Origin: an uncultured Poribacteria bacterium
GTDB lineage: Bacteria; Poribacteria; WGA-4E; WGA-3G
Reading direction: 5' to 3'
Assembly: GCA_951813565.1 (NCBI GenBank)
Contig: OX638351.1
Coordinates: 1,184,001 to 1,248,000 of the forward strand
DNA length: 64,000 nt
Under the pieces are notes generated by a model. The model had not been told where the DNA came from. It did no database searches and saw only the letters and a list, made by a program, of their open reading frames with translations. Of the stretch, positions 42,440-52,851 are shown in pieces. The translations under genes and the position numbers were made by a program. Every line of letters begins with the position of its first letter. Positions within the stretch are counted from its first letter, which is position 1.

Positions 42440-44080
42440 TCAGACGGTTTCAGACATACGTTCTGCTAACCGCGCAAGTGCTGGTGACCTATCCAATTTT
42501 TCAAGTTCTGCTTCAATAAGTGTGAATTGTTGCGTCTCAGCTAAGGCAGTTTTCATCGCCTCATCAAATTCGCCTTCGGTTTGCACATGAAACCCGCGTC
42601 CTGCACTAAAGAGTGAAGGCATACAACTATAGTTCCAACACCCAATATCGTTAAACTCCCCTTCAAGCAGATGTCGTTCCGTTCCGTATCCATGGTTGTT
42701 TAAGAGAAGAACAATCGGATTAAGTCCGTAACGGACGGTGGTTGATAGTTCTGTGCCTGTCATTTGGAAAGCACCATCCCCCACGATAACGAGCGGGCGG
42801 GTGTTCGGTGTGCTAATTTGCGCGCCAATGGATGCTGGCACAGCAAAACCCATTGAGGTATAGTAGGCTGGACTGATAAAATTGGTGTGTTGATGTATCC
42901 GCAATTCTGCTGCGCCGAAAAGACTATCACCTACATCGGCAATCACTGTGAGTTCATCACTAATGAATTCATTGAGATGTTGGAACAAACGTTCAACTGT
43001 TAGAGGTGCGTTAGACTTGACTTCAAAGGGTTTAGCATCTGATAATACCCACGCTAAGTTCGGTTTCTTTCGTCTGCGGAGTTGTGGTGAAATGAGTCCA
43101 TCAATAAAATCATCAAACATCACTGCTTCATAACTATGGTAACGGACAGAGATTTTTTCAGAGGTGGCGTAGATTGAGCGGGCACGGTCAAGGTTGGCGG
43201 TGTAAATCCCAAGATTCACATCTGTCATGAACGCACCGAGGATAATAACACAGTCGGAATCTTCAACAAACTCTCTAATTTCCTCTCTACCCATCGCTCC
43301 TTCATAAATTCCTAAGTAAAGCGGATGTGACTCTGGTATCACGGATTTGCCGAGGAGCGTTGCAACGACAGGGATACGTTTTTCTTCAACAAGTTTAAGT
43401 AATTTGTTTTGATAGCCGAATCTGTGAAGTTCTACCCCTGCAAGAATTACTGGATTTTTACTTTGATTGATGAATTTAACCGCATCGTCAACGGCGGCGT
43501 TCAGTGTTTCTGGATCGCTGACACGCCCGCCTGTTGAAGGGCGGCGGTAGAGCGTGCCGCGCACATCTACCATATCACGCGGGAGTTCTATGTATCCCGG
43601 ACGTTTATAGTGATACACAGCATCAAGCACCCGATCAATTTCGTTGAATGCGGTAAAAGGTTCATCAAGTAGGGCAGTCGCGACGGTGATTTCGTCATAG
43701 ATGCGTTGTTGTGTGTGGAAATCTCTGACTTTATGGTGGAGGAGCGCATCTTTACCGCGTTCTTTGATACCCGGCGCTCCACTAATCACAACAACGGGAG
43801 ATTTTTCGGCATAAGCACCCGCGATGGCGTTCACCATTGATAAACCACCGACACAATACGTAATACACGCAGCACCCATGCCTTTTGTGCGGGCGTAAGC
43901 ATCGGCTGCGTAACCAGCTGCGTCTTCACGTGTCATGCCGATGTGTTGAATTTCACTTTGCTCAATGAGATGGTAGAAGCGCAGTACATAATCGCCGGGT
44001 ATGCCGAAGATATGTTCAATATCGTAACTTTCGAGTTTTTTGAGTAGGTATTCGCCGATTGTTGGGGGTCTGTTGCGCAT
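42440..44080 (-). CDS. ipdC: ThDP-dependent alpha-keto acid (indolepyruvate/phenylpyruvate) decarboxylase
   Basis: FGIPGDY, LLHH, and GDGAFQMT...NNHGYGTE ThDP motif. Confidence 0.85.
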   Translation of the reverse strand: MRNRPPTIGEYLLKKLESYDIEHIFGIPGDYVLRFYHLIEQSEIQHIGMTREDAAGYAADAYARTKGMGAACITYCVGGLSMVNAIAGAYAEKSPVVVISGAPGIKERGKDALLHHKVRDFHTQQRIYDEITVATALLDEPFTAFNEIDRVLDAVYHYKRPGYIELPRDMVDVRGTLYRRPSTGGRVSDPETLNAAVDDAVKFINQSKNPVILAGVELHRFGYQNKLLKLVEEKRIPVVATLLGKSVIPESHPLYLGIYEGAMGREEIREFVEDSDCVIILGAFMTDVNLGIYTANLDRARSIYATSEKISVRYHSYEAVMFDDFIDGLISPQLRRRKKPNLAWVLSDAKPFEVKSNAPLTVERLFQHLNEFISDELTVIADVGDSLFGAAELRIHQHTNFISPAYYTSMGFAVPASIGAQISTPNTRPLVIVGDGAFQMTGTELSTTVRYGLNPIVLLLNNHGYGTERHLLEGEFNDIGCWNYSCMPSLFSAGRGFHVQTEGEFDEAMKTALAETQQFTLIEAELEKLDRSPALARLAERMSETV

Positions 44081-44143
44081 GGTGTCACCTCTCGCTGTGT
44101 TTGTTTTAATATCCGATCAGGATAATACCTTTCAGTGGTAACA

Positions 44144-44980
44144 CTAACCGATTACTGATGTTTGAAGTTCCTTATTATTAAGCAAATTCCATTCAAGTTC
44201 ATCTTCCGTTTTATGAATTAGGTATTTTCCCGACTCAAGAAGGTCACTTGCAAATTCATAATACGCTGGTACAATTTCAAAACCTATGTAGTGCCGTCCC
44301 TTCATTTTGCTAACGACAGCAACCTGCCCAGAACCCAAAAATGGATCTAAAACAACATCGCCTTTTTGGCTTGAATAATCAAGGATTTTATCGATGAGTT
44401 CAGCTGGCAATTTTGTTGGTGTTTTCACAGCACCTTGCCAATATTCTCTCTTGATTTCCCAGACATCCTCCTTGTCCTTGTAGTGTGCAGATCCACCGTT
44501 TTCAGTCTTTGCTTCTTTATCAAAGCGACGGTAAGGATAAAATTGTCGTTTTTTGTCGTTTTTACATAGGAAAAGGCAGTGGTAATGAGATGTCACGTAC
44601 TTACGCTTGGTAACAACGCCAAACTGATATTTCCAAATCAGGTGATTGACCGTTGTAAGTTCACACTCATCAATTGCAATCAAGAGGTCTTTCAGGTAAT
44701 TCCAACCTGAGAAGATATACATGCTGCCAGAATCTTTTAATACTCTTGTCGCTTCCGAAAGCCAATCAAGCGTAAAAGTTAGGTAGTCACTCCCTTCAAT
44801 TTCATTGTATCCTTGAAGAACGCGATTTCCTTTTCTATTATAGTTGTGCCGAGTAGCTTTGAAGTCAATGGCAAAAGGCGGATCTGTTATGACAAGATCA
44901 ACACATTCAGGTGGTATTTCTGACATCAACTCAATGCAGTCACCTTGTTTGATAGTATTTATGTACTCAGGATGTTTCAT
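44144..44980 (-). CDS. Orphan N4/N6 DNA methyltransferase (beta class)
   Basis: TDPPF precedes LDPFLGSG; no adjacent endonuclease; alternative TTG start at 45025. Confidence 0.88.
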   Translation of the reverse strand: MKHPEYINTIKQGDCIELMSEIPPECVDLVITDPPFAIDFKATRHNYNRKGNRVLQGYNEIEGSDYLTFTLDWLSEATRVLKDSGSMYIFSGWNYLKDLLIAIDECELTTVNHLIWKYQFGVVTKRKYVTSHYHCLFLCKNDKKRQFYPYRRFDKEAKTENGGSAHYKDKEDVWEIKREYWQGAVKTPTKLPAELIDKILDYSSQKGDVVLDPFLGSGQVAVVSKMKGRHYIGFEIVPAYYEFASDLLESGKYLIHKTEDELEWNLLNNKELQTSVIG

Positions 44981-45021
44981 TTTTAACCTGCGTGCTATAG
45001 AAGCATCGCTTCCCCATTGAT

Positions 45022-45471
45022 TCAAAACTGTTTGTCGCTATCCAATAGAATGGTGACGGGACCATCATTAATAAGTTGTACGTCCATCATTGCTTGAAAG
45101 GTGCCGCCTTGCGTTGGGATATTGAGTTGCTTTAAGGCAGTGATGAATTGTTCATAAAGTGTGTTTGCAACTTCGGGGCGCGCGGCATCAATAAAACTTG
45201 GACGTCGTCCTTTACGGCAATCGCCATAGAGTGTAAATTGTGAAACAACGAGAGCTGCACCACCAATGTCAAGTAGGGAACAGTTCATTTTGCCATCTGC
45301 GTCTTCAAAGATACGCAGATTTGCAACCTTGTTAGCGATATATTCCAATTCTGTTTCGGTATCGTCATGAGAAATACCGAGAAATATAAGCAATCCCGTA
45401 CCAATTTCAGAGACGAGTTCGCCGTTTACCTTGACACTTGCTGATTTTACACGTTGGATGACTGCTCTCAT
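45022..45471 (-). CDS. dtd: D-aminoacyl-tRNA deacylase
   Basis: [19 protein letters not shown] and NDGPVT motifs. Confidence 0.96.
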   Translation of the reverse strand: MRAVIQRVKSASVKVNGELVSEIGTGLLIFLGISHDDTETELEYIANKVANLRIFEDADGKMNCSLLDIGGAALVVSQFTLYGDCRKGRRPSFIDAARPEVANTLYEQFITALKQLNIPTQGGTFQAMMDVQLINDGPVTILLDSDKQF

Positions 45472-45769
45472 TTAGACCGTTTCCCCATAGATAAGATAAC
45501 GTGAGTATGATAATTAAATCCAAATGTAGATGTAGGTTGGGTTGAGGAACGAAACCCGCCAAATGCCATACGGGGAATGCCATAAGGCATTCATACCGTT
45601 GATTTGGCGCATTCATCGTTGATTTGAACTTGAAACGCTCTTATAGGCTCTAAATGTTGGGTTTCACCTGTGGTTCAACCCAACCTACGGGATTTATCAA
45701 ACTCATATTAAGATAGAATCCTTGCCGAAAATGAACAGAATGGTTGAATTTACTTTTCGCAGGCAAACC

Positions 45770-46711
45770 CTAAAATAACAACTTATTACCATCCATTTCT
45801 TGTGCTTTTTCGCCACCTAAAGTTAGACTGAACTGAAATCCGGGAAGGTTGTTAATTCCAATTTGGAATGCCAACGTATTGGAAACTTCATAACGGAATG
45901 CAAGACCGAGAATGCTTGAGAAGTTGACACCAGCATACTGGACTTCACGCGAAAAATCGGCGGCGAGCCACATGTTATCTGAAACAGCGATTTCACCACC
46001 TGCCTGCCAATTGAGCGTGAAAAAGTCAGTCGTCTTGAGTGCTTTTGAAGATAGGAAAATACCTGCCCCCGCGTGAACTTTAAAATACTTACCAAATCTT
46101 TGTGTGCCAACGAAATAGGTGTTGATACCAACAAATGGAAATCCGTCGATAGGACTATTATCAAGAAAATCATTATCCGAATTGAGACGGTCATCCGCTG
46201 TAAACCCGGAATACACATCGCCACCGACTGAGATACTCGGAAATCCATCGTTTTTTTCTGGTTTTAGGTTGTATTTGAGTCCGAAAAGTCCTTCGTATAG
46301 CGGTTGGTCGTAAACTCGTTTAGAGTTAAGCTCCGGGTCTCCAGTATTATAAAAATCGTGAACGACTTTGTGGACACCACCTGTTGAGAGTGTAGCGCCT
46401 AACTGCAAATCAAGTTGTTCGCTTAAACCATAAGTAAATCGGACGGGTATAACGAATGTCTCAATTTCGAGTGTAACACGGTGAGATTCTTCAAATCCAC
46501 CGATGACGACATTCTGGCTATGTTCGGGCAATAGTTCATTTTTTGAATGCTGGAACAAGCCGAAGGATGTAACAGATCCGCCTTTGCCTATCGTATCCGC
46601 AGTCTGCATAGTTGTAAGTTGAGAAGTGGACAATGTTTGTGCTAAAATCGGAGAACTAATTCCGATGAATACTAAAATGATTCCAATAGTGATGTGTTTA
46701 TTAAAGTGCAT
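45770..46711 (-). CDS. Putative outer-membrane beta-barrel protein
   Basis: Signal peptide; alternating aromatic/hydrophobic strands. Confidence 0.6.
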   Translation of the reverse strand: MHFNKHITIGIILVFIGISSPILAQTLSTSQLTTMQTADTIGKGGSVTSFGLFQHSKNELLPEHSQNVVIGGFEESHRVTLEIETFVIPVRFTYGLSEQLDLQLGATLSTGGVHKVVHDFYNTGDPELNSKRVYDQPLYEGLFGLKYNLKPEKNDGFPSISVGGDVYSGFTADDRLNSDNDFLDNSPIDGFPFVGINTYFVGTQRFGKYFKVHAGAGIFLSSKALKTTDFFTLNWQAGGEIAVSDNMWLAADFSREVQYAGVNFSSILGLAFRYEVSNTLAFQIGINNLPGFQFSLTLGGEKAQEMDGNKLLF

Positions 46712-46742
46712 AGATTTCCTCTAATATCTTTATACCAAAATG

Positions 46743-47885
46743 TCAATTAAGTGGTTGTGCTTCAACCATCTCGCTTTCGTCTCGCTTACCATCGGGTCCA
46801 GGAGTATCGTCGAATGCGGTAATGAAGTAGGTTCTAAAAAATGCTTGCTGATTGACTACAATTGGGTCTTCGCCAGGAATTGTCAAACCGTTTTCTCTTC
46901 GTCCAGCAGACTGACGTGGCAGCAAATTGCCTCCTGCGTCTTTTGTATAGATTTGGTATCCTGCAAGGTCCCTCTCAGTATTTGCGGACCATGAAATAAT
47001 AGCATCGTACTTATTGTTAAAAAAGGATCGCGCTGCGTAAAAAACCGTAACATTTTTTGGTGGGGCAGGTGGCAAATGCGGAGAGGTGGCACTAATAGTG
47101 GTAATGGCTTCTACGCCAAACTCGTCAACAGCAGCTACACGATAAACTTTGGTTTCTCCATCTCCCCGAAAATTTACGTCAAAGTAATAGAGTTGATCCC
47201 GCTTTATCTCAGCAACACGTCTAAAAGCAAGTTCTTTTCCTGTCCCTTCATCCCTTGCTATATAAACACGAAAAAGAGAAAAATCGTATGAAAAATCGTA
47301 GTTTTCCCAAAATAGTTTGACGGTGAGATCTGATGGTGTTCCAAGCGTAACAACAGGGAGAGCAGGTGGAATGCTTGGTGTGCCGGCAACCGTTTGCCAC
47401 ACACGGAATGGTTCTTCTGTTGTACTGGGCGGGTTAGATGGATCTGGCGTTTCAACGCCATTTATATCAATATATGAGATGCGGTATTCATAAGCGAGAA
47501 CGCGTCCTAATGAATCTTTACGATCGTTTTCAATATTTTGTGTATCCACGAATTCGCTTGCCGGTGCATCAATCATGCCGACTAACTCAAACGGTTCATC
47601 TGAATTGGCTATTGAACGACGATAGATTCGATAAGCCTTGATACCTTCCTGCCCGATATCTGTCCAAGTCACACGTACTTGTTGGTCACCGGGGTAAAGC
47701 GTGAGTCCTTCTGGCGCCCCAGCTGTCCGCAAATTTTCTGAGTCAAGAGGGTTCGCGAAATCCTCGCTATTAGTACATCCTACAAATAGTAGAATTATTA
47801 GGAACAATGGTATACAGAGCACTGATGCTGTTCTTAACGAAAAACGGCGCGATTGCGTTTTAAAAAGACTGCGAAATAAATACAT
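46743..47885 (-). CDS. Lipoprotein with fibronectin type III-like repeats
   Basis: Lipobox FVGC; repeats W...Y.IYR...F.D...YRVAAVD. Confidence 0.7.
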   Translation of the reverse strand: MYLFRSLFKTQSRRFSLRTASVLCIPLFLIILLFVGCTNSEDFANPLDSENLRTAGAPEGLTLYPGDQQVRVTWTDIGQEGIKAYRIYRRSIANSDEPFELVGMIDAPASEFVDTQNIENDRKDSLGRVLAYEYRISYIDINGVETPDPSNPPSTTEEPFRVWQTVAGTPSIPPALPVVTLGTPSDLTVKLFWENYDFSYDFSLFRVYIARDEGTGKELAFRRVAEIKRDQLYYFDVNFRGDGETKVYRVAAVDEFGVEAITTISATSPHLPPAPPKNVTVFYAARSFFNNKYDAIISWSANTERDLAGYQIYTKDAGGNLLPRQSAGRRENGLTIPGEDPIVVNQQAFFRTYFITAFDDTPGPDGKRDESEMVEAQPLN

Positions 47886-47973
47886 TTATTTTCTCCCCGC
47901 AAAATGATTATCTATCTCATATTGCGGAATATGGCGTATACGACACGCCTTTTGGACAATAGAATAAGATGTT

Positions 47974-48510
47974 TTAGAAACGGTGTAAGAATTGTAGACT
48001 CGCACGTTGTTTTTCGAAATCAAAGTGTGGACGCACACTAAATTCTTGTGACTCACTCCAAAACCCACTATCTAATAATATTGGTGACGCGGTAAAGTTA
48101 ATTGGATAATGTGTATTGAATTTAACATTACTTTGTGTTTGTGATAATGGAGTAATCTCGATTGAAGCATTGTGCAACTGATTAAAGATGGATAGGATTA
48201 CAGCAAGTCCAATACATCCGAAACCGACACGAGACATTATAACACTCGCGTTTTCTCTGGCTACCACGTCATTTTTGTGGTTTTGAATATCATCTTGGAT
48301 TGCCAAAGAAAGATATTCCTCGTACCTACTTTCCGCAGAGGTATGCAGCATCGTACTGCCGACTTGCAAACCTACGCCAGATGCCAATAGGGTTATGGCG
48401 AGACCGTGCGAGCGGCGAGCAGCTTGTGCAGGTAGAATCGTCAAAATCAGGATAAAAATACAGCATATTCCTATGACAAACCGCTTCTGATTTGAACTAC
48501 AATGTTTCAT
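47974..48510 (-). CDS. Hypothetical membrane protein
   Basis: Signal peptide plus two hydrophobic segments; AAAGGA RBS. Confidence 0.6.
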   Translation of the reverse strand: MKHCSSNQKRFVIGICCIFILILTILPAQAARRSHGLAITLLASGVGLQVGSTMLHTSAESRYEEYLSLAIQDDIQNHKNDVVARENASVIMSRVGFGCIGLAVILSIFNQLHNASIEITPLSQTQSNVKFNTHYPINFTASPILLDSGFWSESQEFSVRPHFDFEKQRASLQFLHRF

Positions 48511-48602
48511 TTTGGTTAATCCTTTCAGTTCAATTTAATACGGCTATTATATTAAGTGTACCCAATTTTTCTCCGAAAGTCAATGCTTTTTGAAATGTTT
48601 GG

Positions 48603-49198
48603 CAGAGCCATTCAATTGTATGGAAGTCATCTTGTTAGAGGGTTTTGTCCGCCCGATTTAACAACAAAAGCGTTTAATGTAAATGTCGGACGCACATTCA
48701 CCAAGCGCAATTCATTATGCCTCTTTTTAACGCCTTTTGAGGTGTTATTTCACACTTCTGTATTCAAAACTAAAAAATGAATGGCTCTGGACTCAATAGC
48801 AGGGCTATTTAAGTTTTAAGAATTATCAGTTAATGCGCGTTACTGAAAGTTTATATTGTCCGTTGGGTAGAGCTTGCGAAACCCGACAAATGCCAAAAAG
48901 CGCACTTGACGTTGATTTAGACATGGTAGTAGGCACGCTCCGCGTGCCGTCCGCTTTACATTTTGGGTGGACGGAAACCCACGGCGTGTGCCTACTACTT
49001 TGCATACGTATTAGTTTATATTAAAATGTGAAAAATATAGCCGAAAAACCGAAAACTAAATAACCCTGACTCAATAGCAGAGGCATTCAATTGTCGGTTT
49101 ATAACTCGTTTTAGTCGAAAGGTCGCGAGCTGGAGCTCGCTCCTACAGGAAGAGGTTTTAGGGAAAAGAAGAAATTATTAGAGAATTGAATGGCTCTG
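48603..49198. mobile_element. Two adjacent MITE-like elements (48603-48789, 49078-49198) sharing a CAGAGCCATTCA-type TIR, plus REP hairpins
   Basis: Right ends TGAATGGCTCTG; ACTCAATAG repeated at 48791, 49069 and 49201. Confidence 0.6.
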
Positions 49199-49217
49199 GA
49201 ACTCAATAGAAAAATAT

Positions 49218-49246
49218 TTGACATCCTAAGGAATTTGGGTTATAAT
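49218..49246 (+). promoter_or_regulatory. Consensus sigma70 promoter of argF
   Basis: TTGACA, 17 nt, TATAAT. Confidence 0.8.
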
Positions 49247-49310
49247 TATCATTTCTTTTTTACCGAAGTCTCAGTAAAATACAGCGGATAAAAGCACTGG
49301 GGAGGCGATT

Positions 49311-50246
49311 ATGCACCTAATTACACTGAAAGACTGGCCAGAAACGGATATTCTTGAAACTGTAGAAAACTGCCTTAAGATCAAAAATTATCCTGAAAAA
49401 TATAGACATACAGCAGAAGGGTTAAGCCTTGCGTTGCTATTCCAGAAAACCTCTACGCGTACGCGTTGTGCGGGAGAAATTGGCATCGTGCAGCTTGGTG
49501 GACACGCGCATTATTTAGATTGGCGAACAACTAACTTCGGTTTGGCCGACCTCAGCGATGAAATTCGTGTCCTGTCTGCGTATGTAGATGTGATTTTAGC
49601 TCGATTCCTGAAACACGCAGATATCTGTGAGGCAGCGGCAGCATCTGTTCCTATGATTAACGGTTGTTGTGATAGATACCATCCAACCCAAGCACTCGGG
49701 GACCTCATGACAATACAGGAACATCTTGGTAGATTGGAAGGTATCAAAATTTGTTTTATTGGCGTTCACAACAATGTCTGCAATTCGCTGATTGCCGCAG
49801 GAATGAAGGTGGGGTTAGAAGTGACTGTCATCGCGCCAGAAGTAAACCCTGCTGCTGTTGATAAGGAGTTATGGTCTGCAGCGGAACAAAAAGGTTGCTA
49901 TAAAACGGTCTCTATAGATGCTGTTAACAGTGCTTTGGATCTGCAGCAAATCATCGCGCAAAACGATGTTGTCTACACGGATACGTGGATAGATATGGAA
50001 TTCTTCACGGACCCTGATTTTGCGGAGGAACGGGAACGGCGAATGAAAAAGATGATGCCGTATCAATTGAATTCTGCACTTCTTAAGGGACTTGATTGTA
50101 AGATTATGCACTGTCTGCCAGCACATCGCGGCTATGAAATTGTAGGTGAACTTCTTGACGATCCGCGTGCGATTATTTTTCAACAATCCGAAAACCGTTT
50201 GCATAGCATGAAAGCTATCATTCTCAAGTTGCTTGGGCATTCGTAA
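49311..50246 (+). CDS. argF: Ornithine carbamoyltransferase
   Basis: STRTR, HPTQ, VYTDTW, HCLPAHRG and QSENR motifs. Confidence 0.9.
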   Translation: MHLITLKDWPETDILETVENCLKIKNYPEKYRHTAEGLSLALLFQKTSTRTRCAGEIGIVQLGGHAHYLDWRTTNFGLADLSDEIRVLSAYVDVILARFLKHADICEAAAASVPMINGCCDRYHPTQALGDLMTIQEHLGRLEGIKICFIGVHNNVCNSLIAAGMKVGLEVTVIAPEVNPAAVDKELWSAAEQKGCYKTVSIDAVNSALDLQQIIAQNDVVYTDTWIDMEFFTDPDFAEERERRMKKMMPYQLNSALLKGLDCKIMHCLPAHRGYEIVGELLDDPRAIIFQQSENRLHSMKAIILKLLGHS

Positions 50247-50284
50247 AGCGGTTGGTTCTTTTCGTCATTGTGTTGGATTAAAGC

Positions 50285-51433
50285 ATGAAAAACTATTTAC
50301 GACATCTTGAATGCAGCAGCTGTAATGAAGTCTACCCATACGAAATACCGCAAAACGTCTGTCATTCGTGTGGCAAACCTTTGTTTGCACGCTACACGCT
50401 CGGACAATTGGCTGATACATGGAGACCTGAGCACCTTCAGTCAAGACCTCCATCGCTATGGCGATATAGAGAGCTTTTACCCGTTTGCGACGATAATATC
50501 GTTTCACTTGGGGAAACAATGACCCCGCTAATCCATGCGAAAAAGCTTGGTGATCAACTCGGATTACCAAAACTTTGGATAAAGGATGAATCCCGCTTGC
50601 CGACTGGAAGTTTCAAGGCGCGCGGCTTAGCGATGGCTGTTTCTAAGGCGAAAGAACTTGGCATTAGCAAATTAGCTATTCCATCTGCAGGAAATGCAGC
50701 GACAGCGTTGTCGGTATATGCTGCGTGTGCTGGTATCCCAGCTCACATTTTTATGCCGACAGATACACCCGCCTTTAATCGAGAAACGTGTCGACTCTCA
50801 GGTGCAAACGTCACACTGATTGATGGCTTAATTACAGATGCTGGTAAAATTGTTGCTGAGCGAAAAACAGATGAAGGGTGGTTTAATGTTTCAACTCTGA
50901 AAGAGCCTTACCGTGTGGAAGGAAAAAAGACAATGGGGTTTGAACTGGCAGAACAGTTCGGTTGGAAACTGCCAGATGTGATAATTTATCCCACTGGCGG
51001 TGGTACAGGCATTGTGGGGATGTGGAAAGGTTTCGCAGAATTAGAGGCAATCGGTTGGATAGGTAAGAAAAGACCTCGGTTTATCGCGGTTCAGGCAACG
51101 GGATGTGCCCCAATTGTTAAGGCATGGGAGGAAGAAAAACCAGCTGCTGAACCGTGGCAAGATGCACAAACCATCGCAAGTGGGTTGCGGGTACCGCAAG
51201 CTATCGGTGATTTTCTTATTTTAGATGCTATTCGCAAAAGTAATGGTGCTGCTGTTGCTGTTACGGATAATGCTATTGGTCAAGCGATGCAATTATTACC
51301 AACGGCTGAAGGGATTTTGACTTGTCCTGAAGGCGCGGCCACAGTTGCTGCACTAAAACCGCTTATAGCGAATGGAATCATTAAGCCAACTGAGCAAGTT
51401 GTGTTGTTTAACACTGGCGGGTATCAGGCATAG
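50285..51433 (+). CDS. thrC: Threonine synthase-like PLP enzyme
   Basis: N-terminal CxxC..CxxC, PTGSFKARG, SAGNA and PTGGGTG motifs. Confidence 0.8.
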   Translation: MKNYLRHLECSSCNEVYPYEIPQNVCHSCGKPLFARYTLGQLADTWRPEHLQSRPPSLWRYRELLPVCDDNIVSLGETMTPLIHAKKLGDQLGLPKLWIKDESRLPTGSFKARGLAMAVSKAKELGISKLAIPSAGNAATALSVYAACAGIPAHIFMPTDTPAFNRETCRLSGANVTLIDGLITDAGKIVAERKTDEGWFNVSTLKEPYRVEGKKTMGFELAEQFGWKLPDVIIYPTGGGTGIVGMWKGFAELEAIGWIGKKRPRFIAVQATGCAPIVKAWEEEKPAAEPWQDAQTIASGLRVPQAIGDFLILDAIRKSNGAAVAVTDNAIGQAMQLLPTAEGILTCPEGAATVAALKPLIANGIIKPTEQVVLFNTGGYQA

Positions 51434-51498
51434 GAGAGTTTGAAGCAGAGTGTTGTCTCCGTGGGCACGCCAGACAACGCACCCACGGAAATTGTTAT

Positions 51499-52266
51499 TT
51501 ATCGGTCCTGTTCAATGTAATCGTACCTCGGTTTCGCCTCCTGGGCAGGATTCGCTCCTTCCATAGGATGCTGTTCAGCAGGCGTGTTTCCACGGTTAAC
51601 ACGAGGCCCGAGTTTATAGGTGTGAACTTTTACAATCGGATATGGGCCATCAAATCCGATGATCTCTCCTTGTACTTCGACCTCATTATTACCCTTTGTA
51701 GTATCAATTCTCAACTGGTCGAATTCTGGAGATGTCTTAAAAACAAATTTCTGTCCGTTGTTTCCAACATTCAGTGCGTGATGAATTTCAGAAGTATGCG
51801 GTCTCCAACGCGCCCATCCCGGTACATCGCGGAGATTACCTCGTGACCATCCGGGGTGCGCAAACAGAGTGCCTGTAATTGTGGCTTCAGTCTTTAGGAG
51901 ACGGACCTGTCCGAGTCCATGTCGTCCGCGATAGCGCGTATCTCTCAACTGTCGCATAATGTCATAGGCGTCAAAGGTATGTGTTCTGCTATATTTTGAA
52001 ACGCCTTGTCTCGGTTTTACTTCCACAACAGTTGTGAAAAGTCTTTTTTTACCATTCTTGTCTACGGGGGTATGGAAGGTTACATCTTTTGCGTCTGCCC
52101 AAGGTGTCAACAATCTTCGGATTTGGATGGCATCCGCATGACTAACAACATCTGTAATTTCTATTTTCAAGGTTTGTAATTCTGCTATACTCTGCGTACT
52201 AATGCCACTCAGCAGAAATAGAAACATTGTTACACAGATGATACTGCTGAAATATGCGCGTTTCAT
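51499..52266 (-). CDS. Secreted hypothetical protein
   Basis: Signal peptide; 255-aa ORF with GAGG RBS. Confidence 0.65.
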   Translation of the reverse strand: MKRAYFSSIICVTMFLFLLSGISTQSIAELQTLKIEITDVVSHADAIQIRRLLTPWADAKDVTFHTPVDKNGKKRLFTTVVEVKPRQGVSKYSRTHTFDAYDIMRQLRDTRYRGRHGLGQVRLLKTEATITGTLFAHPGWSRGNLRDVPGWARWRPHTSEIHHALNVGNNGQKFVFKTSPEFDQLRIDTTKGNNEVEVQGEIIGFDGPYPIVKVHTYKLGPRVNRGNTPAEQHPMEGANPAQEAKPRYDYIEQDR

Positions 52267-52464
52267 AATGTGTTCCTCACTTGAATTTGGTTAAGTTTAA
52301 CATCCGTTACTTTCATTATACACTATTTCACAAAAAGTTGCAATGAATAATTTCTGAAAGGTGATTTCAACCGTAACAGAGAGAATTCATATCTGCAACT
52401 GCTCCAATCTTACATCTCATTGAGAGTATGTTGCTGAAGTACAACGTTTCCAGCAACCATTATA

Positions 52465-52652
52465 ACCTAAGTTGCTACGGACAAGATTTCAAGTTAGCAA
52501 ACACTGCTTTTTACTGAAAAAACAAGGCTTTTTCGCTGATTCTTATGTTTTTTGTTCTAAAATCCAAATCAACACCAAATGCGCGTTTGGCATTTGGCGG
52601 GGTTAGAAACCCCTCCTACAAGAGCATTTGCGAAATAGGTGGCAACTTGGGT
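52465..52652. mobile_element. MITE-like element, copy 2 of the 12528 family
   Basis: Same TIRs and internal sequence as 12528-12679, plus an extra internal hairpin. Confidence 0.75.
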
Positions 52653-52851
52653 CATTATAGTAGATTTACAATTAACGATACACTGTCGTTTAGTGCGTTT
52701 ACAAAGCAACCTACAGTTTTAATCATAAAGTCGCGACCAGGAGGTCGCTCCTACAAAAGAGAAGAGGCGCAATGAATTGCGCGACTACAAACGTATCAAC
52801 TCAAAAGAAAATGTCTACTTATTTTTATAATTCACTATAGTTGACACGCAC